64,000 nucleotides of DNA from Cirrosporium novae-zelandiae (lineage: Eukaryota). Made by a program: the position numbers and the translations under genes. Positions 12,129 to 26,521 of this stretch are shown here, piece by piece. The notes below the pieces were generated by a model, which saw only the letters and a program-made list of their open reading frames with translations, was not told where the DNA came from and did no database searches. The stretch is from positions 186,001 to 250,000 of the forward strand of contig JAPETS010000008.1 of NCBI GenBank assembly GCA_026023565.1. Reading direction: 5' to 3'. How positions within the stretch are numbered: position 1 is the first letter of the stretch; every line of letters starts with the position of its first letter.

Positions 12129-14959
12129 ATGGTAATAGGTGATGCTGAAAGAAGGAGACGGGCTGCTGCTTCCTCCACATTAACTGCCTCATCAAGCAAT
12201 ACCCTGGCGCTTCCAGCTTCATCTTCGGGTCCTCTAGGGCCTTGTCGCAATGCTCTGTCAACATCTGGAGAGGCTAGGTCGATTGAGGGGGGACGGTCCA
12301 CGGCCTCTCCAGGTTCTCAGCAGGCAAGGGTCCCGGTTAACACTCAGCTAGCTTCACCTTTGCCAAATATCATGACAGACGCAGAAGAACGAGAAAGAAA
12401 ACGAATAGAGGTGAGCTATTCATTTATTGTGTCCTTTATACCGTTTAGTGCGCTAAAAATATTCCAGGCGGAGGATCTAGGGACCCAAAGACGGGCTTAC
12501 ATCCTTTCCAGCGATTATAGGGAAAACAATGTAAGAGTTTCACGATCTGAGCTTGAAGCCGGTCGTACTTGCAACCAGATAGGTACGCACGAGTTTGAAA
12601 TGAACAAAGCAAATAGCAAGCTGGTTTCTGGTTGGAACAGTAAGCAGACCAACCCTGTTCTTCATTGTTCTAGCCACATTCTAATATAGGACCAGATTTA
12701 AAAAACACTGACACGTGGGAAGATGAGGCACGAATCATGGATCCATTGAACAATGGCCAAAGTCATCGTGTGAGTCTTCGCCAGCGTATTGAAGAGGGCA
12801 GATACGTAGAAGAATACTCCCATCCAGTCTCTTACTATTCTCGTGGTCCGAATTCGTCCCGGGGTGGAAGAGCCAGTGGCAGAGGAGGAGGAGTGGTAGG
12901 CTCCAGGCCAAGGAATCTGGGACCCCCAGCGCAAAGGCATGGTTTCATTCCTTGTCCACTCTTAATTCACTAACCATTCTTCTAGTCCTGATGACAAGAT
13001 AGCTCAGTTGCAACTAGCCAAAGAGTTTATGAGCACTGCAACGAGGGGGGGAAACAAACTTCGCCCTAAGCACCTCGGAAACCCAGGCGCTACATCGTAT
13101 AAGGGGCCAACAACCCGCATAGCGCGGGACACTAAGTTCGCATTTGGTCATGACTTGGGTACTGGAAACCCCTCTCGAGGCATATCAGCATCGTCGACTA
13201 AAGGAAAGTCAAAAGCACCCACGAGTTCACAACTGAAGGCACAACCCAAAGCGTATGTTCTAATCGATCTTTGCTCCTCACTATGCATTACTGACATACT
13301 GATAGGAATGCGTATCGCCCATCCGTGGTGGCAGACGGCGAATTTCTTGCTGCTTGGAGGAAGAGGATAGACAAAAATTCTCCAATAACGGAAAAGGAGC
13401 CTTTAGCAGTATCTGGACAGAATATAAAGGAACAAGCTCTGCAGCCAGCAGAATCTCAGTCAAAGGAGAACCAAGAGAAAGAAGATACCAATGGCTTTGA
13501 GCGGAAGGGGCACCTGGCTTCGAAGAGCGAAGCTCAGTCACCCTCTTCACTCAGAGCTGTCACTAGTTGCGAGGTTGATCTATTTGATAATATCAGCAAC
13601 TCGGTTCCTCAATACCCTGAGAGCCTTGTATCATCAGCACAGGCTAAGACACCATCGCGAGTTGAACCTGGGAACAATACTGATGATCTTGTTGGGCTTG
13701 ATTTCGCTGAGACTTGTGCAATCGTTCCGGGTCCCGCAGCTTCGGCAAGTCAGGCCATCGAACCTTCCTTCACACAAGCCCAGCCCGTGGAGGTCTCACA
13801 GCCATCTCAATCTGCGCCTCTTAGTGTAGATCAGGAGCGGCAGCTTGATGAGCTTCTCAAGGCACTTCCGGCTATCAGGAAAATCCATGGAAATGGCGCG
13901 ATACTAAGCACCATTGAGGCGGTTATCGCCTCATTGCAGGCGACAAAACTAGCAAATGTGAGATTGAAGGTAGAGCCGTTACCAACAGATTCCCCTTCGG
14001 CGAATAAAATGTCTTCAAACGCGCCAGCAATGCAGACCCCTTCTATGACCTTAGGCTCAGGGCTCAAGCTCAGGGTTCTTATCAAGTCAACCGTCACCGA
14101 TGATATAATCATCGGCAATCACAATCTACCAGGCCGTTTCGGTATTCGGAACAGTGATTCGGATGCCGCTGGAAATTACTGTTGGCCTTTCCGTAGTAAG
14201 GGTCAAGGAAAACCTCAACGAAAGAAAAATACCATGGATAAACTTCTCCAGAGCATGGAGCAATTCACAGTTAATAGGTCACAACACTCAAGGCCCCCAC
14301 AATCTGATCCATTCGGTACATTAAGCTCAGCAGAGGTGAAATCAAGCGGCAAAGCCACCGTTCTTGAATCGCCTAGAACAACACGTCCGGCAATACCAAT
14401 GAGGGAGGTTCCTTTCATCCCAGACTCAGCAGTGGCCAGGGAAATTCTAAGGGGGCGAAACACGGCCTCGGAGTCAGCCAGAACCACTATTAAAAGAGAA
14501 CCAGAAGCCTCTTATGCTCACTGGAAAGCTGTCCCTCGTCAATCGCCTAAGAAAGCTGCGGACCTTGAGGAACCTGTCCTGAACAGGCTTGAGGAAACCA
14601 TCTTGAACAGGCGCCCGCTTTTGGGAAGCCGAGGGTTACTTAGTGAAAGTAACTCTCCAGCCACACTCTTCGAAACCCACGTCACGTCCTCTAGCTCTCA
14701 TATTATGAACCGGCCTAGACCATCACGGGATAGCCAAGAGTATACACATCCACGACTAACTAGCAGGCCTCCAATTCCTCAGAGGCAGGAGCCCAATCTA
14801 ACTCCAGCTGCCCTACGAGCCCTCGGGAGGCCTGTAAGACAGGATCAACCTTTCCCTGAAGCGCCACGCGCGCCTGATGAGAATGGATCTACCCAAGCTA
14901 TGCGTTCTTCTTCTATGAACCCATTTACGGGTTTCGGGGAGAGAAGTCGACAGGCTTAG
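12129..14959 (+). CDS. Hypothetical low-complexity Ser/Pro/Arg-rich protein; ~5 exons
   Basis: ORFs 12129, 12737, 13008 and 13325-14959 separated by canonical GT..AG introns (donors ~12411, 12583, 12942, 13253); no recognisable domain. Confidence 0.6.
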
Positions 14960-16087
14960 GTAGCCAAAAATGCTTCACAACTCTTCCATTTTCTCCCCTA
15001 TTCCCTTCCCTTCATACCCTCTGCAAAGCGCTCCACCAAAGCCTTCATTGCATCCCGCAAGGCCTATTTCTCCTGATGTCATCGAATTCAAGACGACGCA
15101 CATAGAACTGATGTCTCTGAGGAGGTTTGGCATTAGGTATCCCGGCTTTCTCGCTTTCCAAAAACGTCCACTCCAATTTTTTTTTTACTTGTTTCCAGTT
15201 CTGTTTCGTGAGTTTCTTCGTTCACTCTATCTGCATCGTCTCAGTCAAAGCTGGGAACTCACTCGTAGTAAGTGAGGGTGTGAGTAGGAACACCTAGGTA
15301 GATAGGTAGTGAAGAGAAGAATGAATAGCGCTGATCCTAAAAATAACGAAGTAACTAATAGTAATAAACAATCCTTCAAAAAATAACTTGCGAGATTTAA
15401 AACTTGAGATGTGTTAGGTGGGTCTTAATCAGTTTATCAATCAATCACTTAGAGTACTTACAGTAGTTAGTATATGATGGCCCGTGCGCACCAATAGTAT
15501 CGTTCCCCTTCCCTCACCAAACACCAACCATCCATCAAAGGAAAAAAGCATCCATCCATATATCTTCCTTCTCTCCTTCTCTCACCAGTAATACAAAAAT
15601 CGTACAATACAATAACGGTGTATACTAGATGAGCAGGCAGAATACGCAACTCAAATCCATGATTGATTGCCCAACTGATTACTTCTAATTTTTATTTTTA
15701 TTTTCTTATTTTATTTTAGTATGTAAACTAATTATTTACGAAGCGAGACATGGGAGTAAGGAAGGAACAGGAAGATCATGACTAGGAAGACAATGCACCG
15801 GCTTAAATTTTAAAAGGGAATCAATCATATTCCTTTGTTCTTCCCTCTCTTCCTATTAAACACTAATACATCATTATCAATCATATCCATATTTCACGTC
15901 CTATAACTATAACAACTAATCCCCATACTTAACTGCGAGGACAAAATACTTTTTACTCCAAACTAAACCAAATCTTCAACCACCAACAGAACAAAAAAAA
16001 ACATGTCTTTGATTTTTTATTTCTCGGTCTATGTTTGTCTACCACCAATAATTATCCTCGTCGATTTTGCTCTTTTGTAAACCTAGC

Positions 16088-16258
16088 CATAGCAATAGAA
16101 ATAGCAATAGCAATGGTGATAGTGATAGTGATAGTGATATCGTGATTCAAGCAGAAACAGTACCTAGCTATTTATCTGTCACATGGAGGGTGAGGTATCA
16201 TGTTCGTTGCAAATTCCAATGTTAATGCTAATGCCAATGCCGATGCCGATGCCAATGA
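16088..16258. repeat. Two degenerate hexamer microsatellites, (ATAGCA/ATAGTG)n and (ATGCCA/ATGCCG)n
   Basis: Visible at ~16088-16139 and ~16217-16258. Confidence 0.75.
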
Positions 16259-16580
16259 TGGAAGCTCGAAGCTTGAAGGGTAGAAAAGGAGAAAGGGAAA
16301 AAAAGCACAGGGATGAGCCCAAGCATTCGTCCATCCATCATGGGTACGCTAGGGACATAGAGAAAAAAATCAAAAAATACCTAGAACGCCGTAAAGGGAT
16401 TTTTCGCTCCCACGCCAACTACATTCATGTAGCCCAAGTTATATATCAAAGCCCATACTATACTGTATACAACTGCTAACCCCTGTCATATCGATCAAAG
16501 CAAACAGGACAGACTATCAAGAAAAGCTGTGCCAAATTGTCATGCATTCCATAAGAAAATGGATTTCATCAAATTAACTC

Positions 16581-18811
16581 TTATTGACGTAACACCGGGT
16601 TCTGGACCTCATATCCAGGTCCGGTTTTTTGCCTTTTGATCTCGCTGCCATGCCCGTTCATGTTAGAAGTAATAGGGTGATTTGTTACGCCTGCAGTTAC
16701 GTCTCCTAGAGGTGGTCTGTTACCGTTGTTTGGAAGTCTTCCCCCTGCTCCGGCTTCTGTAGAAGCCGGCCTTTTCGCGTGCATGGTGGGCGGCCTGTAG
16801 CTGCTTCGATTTGCTAAAGGACTCATGCCCATGCCTCCAGGGGCACCTATCCTTCTGTTTGGATCCAGGCTTGGGTTTACAAAATTGGTGGTGCCGGTGG
16901 GCGCTCTTGCGGGCGGTGCTCCACCAGGGTTGGTGGTTTGTTTGGGGGGGAGACCAAGAGCGGAACGTTCTACGGGAACGGTTTTATCGTGATTGACTCC
17001 AGCGGTTTTTCGGATGGAAGGAGATTCGAGCTTGGGGTTGAAGACGGTAGGACTTGTGTTGTCGGCACCAAGGACGGCTGTTGCGGAACGTGCGGAGAAG
17101 AAGCCAACGGGTGGATCTGTGAGAGGGGCTGGGGGATTTTGATTCGGTTGGTTCGACTGATAGGGTTGTTGATGTGGGTGTAAGTTGGGGGGAGTTAGTC
17201 GATTTGTACTATGGTTTGGCTGAGGTCTCAAGTTGTATTCGGCACCTTGTGGCCCTGCATTTGGAGGAGTTAACCGGGGGGGGTTATGGTTTTGTTGGAG
17301 TCTCGCATTATTCGAAAGGGCATGTGGTGGTTGTCTGGAGGGAGATGCTCTCACATCGTTATGGGTTGATTGTGGTCTACCATTGCTTAGAGAGTGATGC
17401 CCTTGTGCGGGATTGATCACGGATCTGCCTGCTTGGTTTGAATTATAAGTTTGAGGGTGCGGCTGTTGGGGTCTTCCATTGACAGCGTTAGTCTGCGGAG
17501 GACCCATATTCGGACGCGAAGAAACGTTCATTGGATTTCCCTGACGGCTCGGAGTTTGTGGGTTTTGATCTCCAGGTCTGCGAAAAGAGCTAGCACCATG
17601 GGACTGATTCGGGGTAATGCCTGACCCGCTAGAGAAATTTGGAACAGATTGTACCCGCGAGATGGGGGCCCTATTATGAGATTGACCGAAGTTGTTAGGC
17701 TGAGGTTGCATAGGCCGATTTATAGGTGCTTGATTAGGAGTGGGGAGTGCATCAAGAGCAACTTCGTCTGGATTTCCATCGTTGGTGCTGACGTTGAGGT
17801 CAACGCCTTCAAATTCATCCCCTAAAGCGTCTTAGTATATTGGTGTTCTAATTTGTAGAGTGAAAGCTTTACCAATAAAATCGTCGTCAAACTCGCTGAA
17901 TGAATCTGTACTCATTTTGTAAGAACTTTGATCTATCGTACCCTTATTTGTTGGCCCACCATTTTTAGATGATTCGCCTGTGTTATTTGTCGGTTCATCT
18001 GCAATTGGCTCTTTCTTGATTGGTGCAAAGTCTGAATGTCTGTATAGATTATCTGAATCCCATTTCGACTAAGAACATGTCAATTGGGCTTCATGGAATG
18101 GACTGGGTATCTCATACCGGCGTAACCTTCATTTTTGTAACTTTCTTCAGATACTCTTTATCGTAGATACAATTTCCGAGGACGTTACCAAAGTTTCGTA
18201 GAGCTCTTTTCAGAGCATCGGTAGTGCCCTCCTTCTTGGCCTTCTCGAATGCCGGTGCTTTTCCCTTACAGTTTTCGATATGCCCATATCCAACATCCTG
18301 TAATACTGTCAAAGGAATGATCCCAAAGCAAATATAACTAGCCATACCTCATGATATGTTCCATCTTTTAATGTTACTCTAACAATAACAGAAATGCCAA
18401 GGCTAACCTTCCCGGTGTGCTCGTTCTCATCAAGCTGTGAATATCAGTATCATACCTGAAAGTTTTCCATCTCCTCTTGACTTACAAAATCAATGCATGT
18501 CTCTTTTATAGCGCTTGACCACCCATTAAATCCAAAGACCTCATTTGCCAGACCTATGCATTTTTCGGCAGCAACATAATGAAGCTTCTGTCCACCAGGA
18601 CCTGCTCTCGAAGATAGGTATTCCGGTCCAAGCTGTTTCTCAAGCCGACTCTGTAATCTCGCGATATCTTGCGCCGTATATTCGCTCATGTGTGGTTTGA
18701 CTTCTTCAAAAGGGTTTGCCCCAGCATGGCTGGTTAAAAGGTGTTGATCACCTACTCTTTAGAAACATTAGCGATTACTCTGAAAATAGATAAGAATACT
18801 TACGCCGGCAT
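16581..18811 (-). CDS. RAD52: DNA repair/recombination protein Rad52; multi-exon, 8-nt first coding exon
   Basis: [70 protein letters not shown]-terminal FFSAR motif and IRKTAGVNH. Confidence 0.96.
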
Positions 18812-18892
18812 CTTGAATACGAAAGGTCGTTACGCTCATCCCACAACAAGAAAAGAGTCGGGCTACTGATTTGTTGATAATATTCTGGAGGG

Positions 18893-18909
18893 AAACGCGA
18901 TGATACGCG
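18893..18909. promoter_or_regulatory. Two MCB-like ACGCG elements upstream of RAD52
   Basis: ACGCGA at 18895-18900 and ACGCGC at 18905-18910, ~90 bp upstream of the ATG. Confidence 0.35.
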
Positions 18910-20705
18910 CCGCAACCTGGAATGACGTACAAGGAGAGATAGACGTGACGAGTCGACGGATGCCTAACGGAAATATTACCGAGAAATGTTTCCATCTAGT
19001 GTAATTAATGGTAATTAATTATATTTAACGCCATGATGCGGCCTCAATACTGGAGAAAGTTTTATCTGTCATGCTTAAAATTAAAGAGGATAAGTGTACT
19101 TGGTATACTTTGTGGACCTGATGTTAGGCTTCGGGCCTGCCGTTAATTTTCTAACAAATTAGAACTATACACGCTGCTACGCCCTTATTTATTGTATCTA
19201 CAAAAGTACCTACGTACATTATACTCTTAGTATTACTACCGCTGTTAAATCCTCAAAGACTAAAGTTCAATTCACCTCCATAATGAGAAACTTCTCTTAG
19301 AAGCCCTAGAAGCTCTGACAACAGATAGTGTGATGCTTTGGAAGAATGGAACTCGTCGCCGCTTGGATGCATCTTACAGTAAACACTAAAGCATGGGAAT
19401 ATATATATGAATATTGGTAGTCATTGATATTGATTCTTTTTATATCCCAATAAGGATTCACTAAATCATTGAAGAGACCCTATAGAATTCCGTTGAGTTA
19501 GCTTTACATTGATGATGCTGTGCTTTGAAAGGATACTCTGTCGAGTCCTTGACTTTAAGAAGAAACACATTTTCAAGGAATTGATTCGACAATGTGAAAT
19601 GCAAAGTAGTTAGATTCCTTAATGGCATATCATCCCATGCTCCATTCCTTCTATCAATACTGAAGACGTTCCATATTATATAACGCTGGTAACCCCTTAA
19701 ACTTGGTAAACCGTCCCTAGTGTTAGGGGACCACTAAGCCGCCGCCATAGACATTGCCATGACTTTCTCGGGACCCTGATGTGGGGCTCTTAGGCGGGCA
19801 CGTATACAAGCAATTGAAGCTATAATAAAGCATATCTATATACCAAGGTTCTTCTAATAGTACTGGCGGATAAGGGAGTTAAAAGTAAATTTTCGGAGAT
19901 CCTCTGCCGGGGCGTGGAATATTCCTTTAAAGAGCTTCGTTCATAAAAAATGAATCATACCTTTGTTCCTGGCTATTCTCATACTCAACGGCATTGAATA
20001 TGTCTCATTGAAGTGATGTTGTTGTTAATTGGAATATTCTTGGACTTGGTAACTGGATAACTGGAGGGAATTGAAGGTTTTCGCATCTGCGACCATTCCA
20101 ATGACGTTTATCTCCACCCCACCCTGTCTACTCTGGTGGTCTTTCCAAGGTACGTTGGTTTAAGAATTACTGGATCAATAACTACTGGGGAGACATCAAT
20201 TCTATTGAGATAATTATTCTATATTCTTTGGCGGCATCTAAAAACTTTTGTCAAGATATTTATTGCTCTTCTTCCTCATAAAATATGGCAATTCCATCCT
20301 CCTCGTCTTCAGGTACATCAACTAATGACTCTACTGACCGGTTAGCCTCTGGGCTGCGCCCTCATCTCAACTGGATCGTCTTTAAAAATGACTTCTCTTG
20401 CTTCCCTCGATATTTTCTTCCTTTACCATCATCGACATAGGCAATACGAACGGTGGGTATAAACTGGGTTGCTTGCCACTTCAGACCAATTTTTTTAACT
20501 GGTGAGCAAGCATTATACTACCCCTCAGCTGGTACCTCGTTGATACCCTTCGTCGGACCCCTCTAGTGTTGGTTGCTCGCCTGGTCATCTATCTATCCAT
20601 CTTTATCGCCAGCGGTCACCACCTCAAAGCTTTCTTATTTATTTCAAGTTTGTGATGGCACCCTCGCGGAATGTATTCGCCTGCTAATGTTGCTGTGATT
20701 TTAGT

Positions 20706-22406
20706 ATGGATAACTCAAGCATATTCGATTTTACGGGAGCGCAGTTCTGCCCTTCGCAAGCCTATCCCCAGGACCAGGAGAATAGCAACCAATATTGTGC
20801 AGAGGACTCGCTTCCTCAGCTCTACGTTGTATGTCATCATCATTTTATTTGGACATAAAGGAATACTCACATTCCACAGGAAGACTACAGTAACCAACCT
20901 GGAGAATATCTACCGGCTAGCTTTAGTCAACATCCAGAAGCAGAAAATTTGTCTTTCGATCCTTCACAAGATGAAGTCAGACAGCAGCTACCTATGGAAG
21001 GTGTTCCAAATCTCATCCTTAATACCCGTCAAGCTCTGGATGAACCTGAATCTTCGAACCAAACGTCACCTTCTCCACAAGGCTCTAAAATCATTGAAAG
21101 AGAAACACATCTGTTCAAAGCTATTGAGCTTCTTCGCCAGTCTATGGATATACTTTCCCAAATCCCACAAGGATCGACTTCCCACAAGATGGATCAGCAT
21201 ATGAATGAGACAAAACAGTTCCTACAGTGCTGTAATCCAGGACACAGCTCTCCCCGCTCTTTTTCCCAATATGATCACTTCGACGATACTACTCAGCCTC
21301 CGATCCCAAACTCAACTTTTACCGCTAGAGAAACCGATCAGAATGCGATGACTGATACAGTATCGGCCCTAAGCGACACATGTGAAGATTCATTCGAAAT
21401 TCGGTCCATGGACGGCTCAATAGCTACTGCCGCCACGACTTCTGTCTCCGAAACTTTTTTTATATATAATCATGCCGCTCCAAGAAAAGGCAGAAGTCAT
21501 GGCAAGCAGGACAGACGGACAAAACCGATATCCAGCCCGAATCCAGAAAACCGGAGCCTTCAACCAAACCAGGCTAAGAACATATGTGAAGATTGTAACG
21601 CATCCTTTATGCGAAAGGATGATTTAAACAAGCATATAAAAACCCACCATTTCACCGCTGTTGTCTATATATCTATGGCTCCGGATAAATTGGATAAGCC
21701 TTCTAACGATCGCGCATTTGCTCGGAAGGACAAAATCGAGAGCTCGTTAAAGAGAAGTCGGATTCGTGGACAGAAGTATTTGACTGTTCCGAATTGCGGC
21801 AGAGCCTTAGCTTGGTCTTGCTCAATATGCAATTCCCCAGATTGTTATACTTGGGATTATTATCTTCGTCATCTTTCGGGGCATTATAGCAGTAACTATG
21901 TTTTGACAGAGTGGGACCCCGATGTTAATGTTAATCGTATCGGCTTCGAAATGTCCCTGCCTGAATGGCAGCTCAAATTAATACAAAATCAGAACCTTAT
22001 TGGGCGAACTGAATTTTGTGTTCGATGCCAAGCAGATCTACAAGAAAACGAAGCACAATCCGACAACAATGTTCTAGTTTGCAAATCTTGTCAGCTAGAT
22101 GTACAAACGTTATTGGAGAAGTACCAGAAGGAGATATCAAGGAAGCCGAAGCCGGTTCGAAGAAAACAGAAAGAACACAGGAGAGAGTTTTCTAATCAGC
22201 AATCTCCACTTTCCCTTAATACCCTTTCCCCATCCACCATTACTGGCTCTAGCTTCTCGAGGTCTTTTGATGAAGTAGACATGGTGCGAGACCCTTCCAA
22301 TATGTCGAACCAATCATATCCATCAGAATTTTCACCCGCCCAGTCTCTACCGCCCACCTGGTCAGATAATGTCTATTTTTCAGGTTTCCACCTATCTGGT
22401 AATTAG
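20706..22406 (+). CDS. C2H2 zinc-finger protein; 2 exons (intron 20829-20879)
   Basis: CEDCNASFMRKDDLNKHIKTHH finger, second CSICNSPDCYTWDYYLRHLSGH finger, extra CxxC..CxxC; ATG 20706 splices in phase into ORF 20949-22406. Confidence 0.78.
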
Positions 22407-23627
22407 GCAGCATATTTTAAAATGCCGCATTTATACCATTACAACTCGACATGTACTATAACACCTGGCACAAATTTATCGTCGTATGTGCAAGTCCCCT
22501 ATAGGTGTGACTTATACAATCTAAACCAGCGGATAGTTTTTGTGCCCCAGCGAGAAGATCATATAAAACTTCAATCTTCTGGTTGCTCGTTATGATGGCC
22601 ATTTCTGATATCGTATAATTCTGCAATTTCACAACGCAAATATTTGTATTGGAAGTGTCTGCGTCATTTTGAAGGGATACAGTCGAGATGGTTTAGAGCA
22701 CCCTTCCCTGCATGGACAAGTGTTATGTTTTCTACTTATGCTCTACAACTTGTTGCTACTTGAACATAAAAGTTTCCCTTTTTTACATTGGAATTTGATG
22801 TTTAGTATATCCAGGGCGTTGTCTCTACCTACAGGGAAAGGATAGCAGGAGTTTTCGGGCTTACGGCTATCTTGTTAAGGCAGGTATTAGGCTAACCCTT
22901 ACCAACTGAGTCAAAAGATTATAATAATCGAACCCTTGGTTTGGTTACGCCTAATACCGCTTATCAAGTTAATAGCAATGCGAGGCGCCCGCGCCACACG
23001 CTTGGCACGCCGTAACATATTTCAAGAAAAGGATGAAGCTGGCTTGGAGACAAAGGCCTAAGAATGACTGGGAACTCTTTTTTGTTTTCATTTTCCTCTT
23101 TGGGTACGTTTTCTACTGGGTATATTTCTCTGGCATACGAGATGGGATGAAAGGAATCCGGGATTCATGTATGCTTTTCACATTATACCCCTTGATTTTT
23201 TATACAGTACCGACTGATTTGATGATATGATAAATGCATGTTAAATTTGAAAAATTTGACACCTACCTTTTATAGAATATATCTCTGTAATGCTGTATTA
23301 CTATAATCATCTAATGATATGAATAGAGTTGCAGGCTTTCCCGATATTCGTAGTTGAACGTGAATTATAATTTAAGGGTTATTTCTTCTTTTCAATCTCG
23401 GTATTAGACGAGAGTTTCCCTTATAAATATGTAATTAGTTCTTCTACTTGTAACACTTAGGCTTTGTGGAGTAAGGCATGTTAGATATGATGCTTACTAG
23501 ATGGCATTTTTTAATTGCATTTTCACTTTCTCTACTACATTGTGACGTATGATACTAGCATCACTATATCCTGCATCCATATAGAGGATTAATATATCAT
23601 AGGTGAATAGCTTTTCGATGCTCTTCT

Positions 23628-24629
23628 CTACCGAACCACTAAACTTGCACTGGGGACCATTCCTAGATCTTTCAATGTCTTCCCAAAATCCCCTCCCTCG
23701 AATACCTGCTTGGGATATCCTTGCATGAAACTTAACACCCGCATGCTCGTCTCTGCCTCAATAGCCTGCTTTACCTCCAGAAGCTTCGTTTCAGGTGTAA
23801 ACGTCTTAACTATATTCCCACCGCCCATCGCAGGTGGTAACCGCAGCCTTAATCTCACCTCCGTATAGTCGGCTTTCTGATTACTCGAACCAGCCTCGGC
23901 GACTTCTGTTGGGGACATATGAAGTTCGGAGGAGGGAACAACAGGTATTGGGCGGTTTTCACGTTCTGCCTTCTCACGATCAGCGCGGAGACGACGTTCT
24001 ACTTTGTCGGCCTCGATCTTGGCACGGATGCGCTTCTTTGCTTCGGCTTCTTCGGTCCGTTCACGACGTTTGGCCTGGGCCTCCTTTATGCGCTCCTTTT
24101 TCTGGAGCTCCTCTTTCGCGTCTTGTGTTTCTTTTGTTGATTTGCGGCGGATCTCGTCATTTCGCTTCTTTTCGAGCTTGTCCTGCTCCGACTCCATGGA
24201 CCGCTTCTCTGCGAGCCTGACCCTTAATTCTTCCAGTCGCTTTTTCTTTTCCTCGGGAGTCAGGTCTGGAAGGGCGTCTGCTGATTCCTCAATGCTGCTG
24301 TGCCCGGATTTGCTGACATGATATTGTACCTCGGACATGCCTCGGAATTTCTTTCCGCACTCGCTGCAAACGTAACTCTTAGCTTGGGCTGATGCTTCAG
24401 GCTCCTCTGTTGTGCTGGCAGCTTCGGCTTGAATGTCCTCAAGAGACTTTTCTTGGTTGTTCTCGAGCCACGTTAAAGCTCCTTGAACTATGGTATTGTT
24501 AGTATCAATATACGCGGGGGAGGGGTAGTCCTATGATTACTTACGATCACCGGTTTTCTTGACAGCAAGTTCCGCTCGTTCTTTCTCAAAGCCCATCTCG
24601 AGCAGCTGATCCATGTCCGTTGTAGACAT
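23628..24629 (-). CDS. UBA + C2H2 + UBX domain protein (UBXN1/SAKS1-like Cdc48 adaptor); 2 exons
   Basis: MSTTDMDQLLEMGFEKERA (UBA), CSECGKKF...YHVSKSGH, coiled coil, UBX RLRLRLP...GYPKQVF...LGMVPSASLVV. Confidence 0.9.
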
Positions 24630-25240
24630 CGTAGTGTGTGGTTGGATGTTGAGAGTACAGGTGGATGAAAGTGTTTGGTCAAGTGTCCCGGGATTTAAAG
24701 ACCAGGATGATAGAGATATGAATGGAACTTTGGTGGAAAGAGAAGAAGAAGGCGAGAGGATATGGAGGAATTAAATAGAATTACAGTAGATAATTTATAG
24801 TAATTATGGCATACACAGTTCAGTTTTAAATAGTGAGTATGTGTAGCTACGTTCAAAATTCGACTGAATCGATTACCGGGTCAACCATACCAGAGGTTCT
24901 GAGCATTGTCACAGATGGCTCGTTTCTTATTATGAGAACGTCATCTGCAAGTTTGTGGAAGCGAACTTGAACAACCAGATCCGAGCATCCTGAGGAGTTA
25001 TTCCCTAAACCATCATCCAACTCCTCTTCTTCTTCAAACGTGCCAGTTTGTCCCCTTTTGCTCTCAACCTTACAACCATTCAATCGCATTTCGAATTTCC
25101 ATCTTACTGCCACTACTCCAATCCACCTTTCGCACTCCACACGCCCTTTCTGCAGGTACCAATATCGCATCGTGTGCGCAGCCCTTAAGTAAATTGGACT
25201 GGTGAATAAATCAAATAAACTACGATCCAAAAACTTCAAA

Positions 25241-26521
25241 ATGTCTGTTGAAATAGATCCTCCCGAGTTGGGGTTCCAAAGTACGGCTTTTCTTGACTAT
25301 CCGAATGTCATCCTACGAAACATACATAACCTGACCTCTTGTAGGACCATTTAATCGGGAAGTGTCCCAGACGCTACACCTGCATAATCCAACCGAAGAG
25401 CCTCTTGCCTTTAAAGTGAGTGTTTCCTACGAGTATATGATATCTGGAGTATGCGCATGGTGCTAACGTTGTATATTTCAGGTCAAAACTACCGCCCCGA
25501 AACAGTACGTGTCCTGACCGCTTTGTGTGTTACGTTGGAATGCGGGAGTTAACATCCTATTTTCAGATACTGTGTTCGACCAAACTCTGGCCGCATCGAA
25601 GCAGGGAGAGATGTTGAAGTTCAGGGTATACTCCAGAGATCCTCCCTGTTTAGAATACATACTGAAGAGTTGGAATAGTTTTACTCCAGGCAATGAAGGA
25701 GGACCCTCCTCCCGATGCAAAATGCCGTGATAAATTCCTGGTTCAGTCTGTCCCGATTACCAATGAACTTGGTGTGGCGTTCTCGAACGTTTCTGCGATC
25801 GTATGATCTTTCTGCGTCTGCTGGCTATAGACGCAGCTAACTGGCTTATAGTGGCAGAATGTGGAGAAGACCGCCAGGAAGTCGATATTCGAGAGGAAGA
25901 TTCGCGTTACTTTCCTTGCTGCGGAGTCACACCATCCTACCGATACAGCGACTGCATACGACTCTCCCAATGGCGATGTGAGCCCACTCCCTTATCGAGC
26001 AGCACTTGAACCATCCACTATTTGCAGTTCTTACTGACAGTTTGTAGCATCATACTGAGGATGTTCCTCCATCATATGCTTCTCCGTCAACTGGATTTGG
26101 CTCTCCAGGTCAGGATTACAAGTCGACTGCATCACCTGTTGGTCCTACATTCCAACAAGATGGTCATCCGAATGAAGCCAGGTCATTAGCCGACACAAAG
26201 TCAAGCACGAGTACTCCTGGAGCCGAATCTGTTTCGGCTGTAAGTGCGGTTGCTAGCAATGCGGTTCATAATATGGCCAACTCGGCTCCCTCAGAAGATA
26301 TGAAGACCCAACTGGAAGAAGCTCGAGCCAATATTTCGCGACTCACGAAACAGTTGCAGGAATCAACATTACGGCAAAGGAAGAGCGTGGTTAGTGGGGC
26401 AGAGAAGGGAAGTAATCCGGTTGCGACGCTCCAACAACAACCAGTTGCGGAAGGAGTTCCAGTGCAGATTGTGGCAGCTTTATGCTTGCTGAGCTTCTTG
26501 CTGGCGTATTTTTTCTTCTAG
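25241..26521 (+). CDS. SCS2: VAP/Scs2 ER membrane protein (MSP domain); 7 exons
   Basis: Spliced AFKVKTTAPKQYCVRPNSG, KCRDKFLVQS, C-terminal TM VQIVAALCLLSFLLAYFFF. Confidence 0.95.

Noticed and set aside
16183..16479. ORF with an MPMPMP repeat
   Set aside because: Product of a hexamer microsatellite in the 3' intergenic region.
20671..21204. 177-aa ORF overlapping the C2H2 gene
   Set aside because: Alternative frame running through the modelled intron; no motifs.
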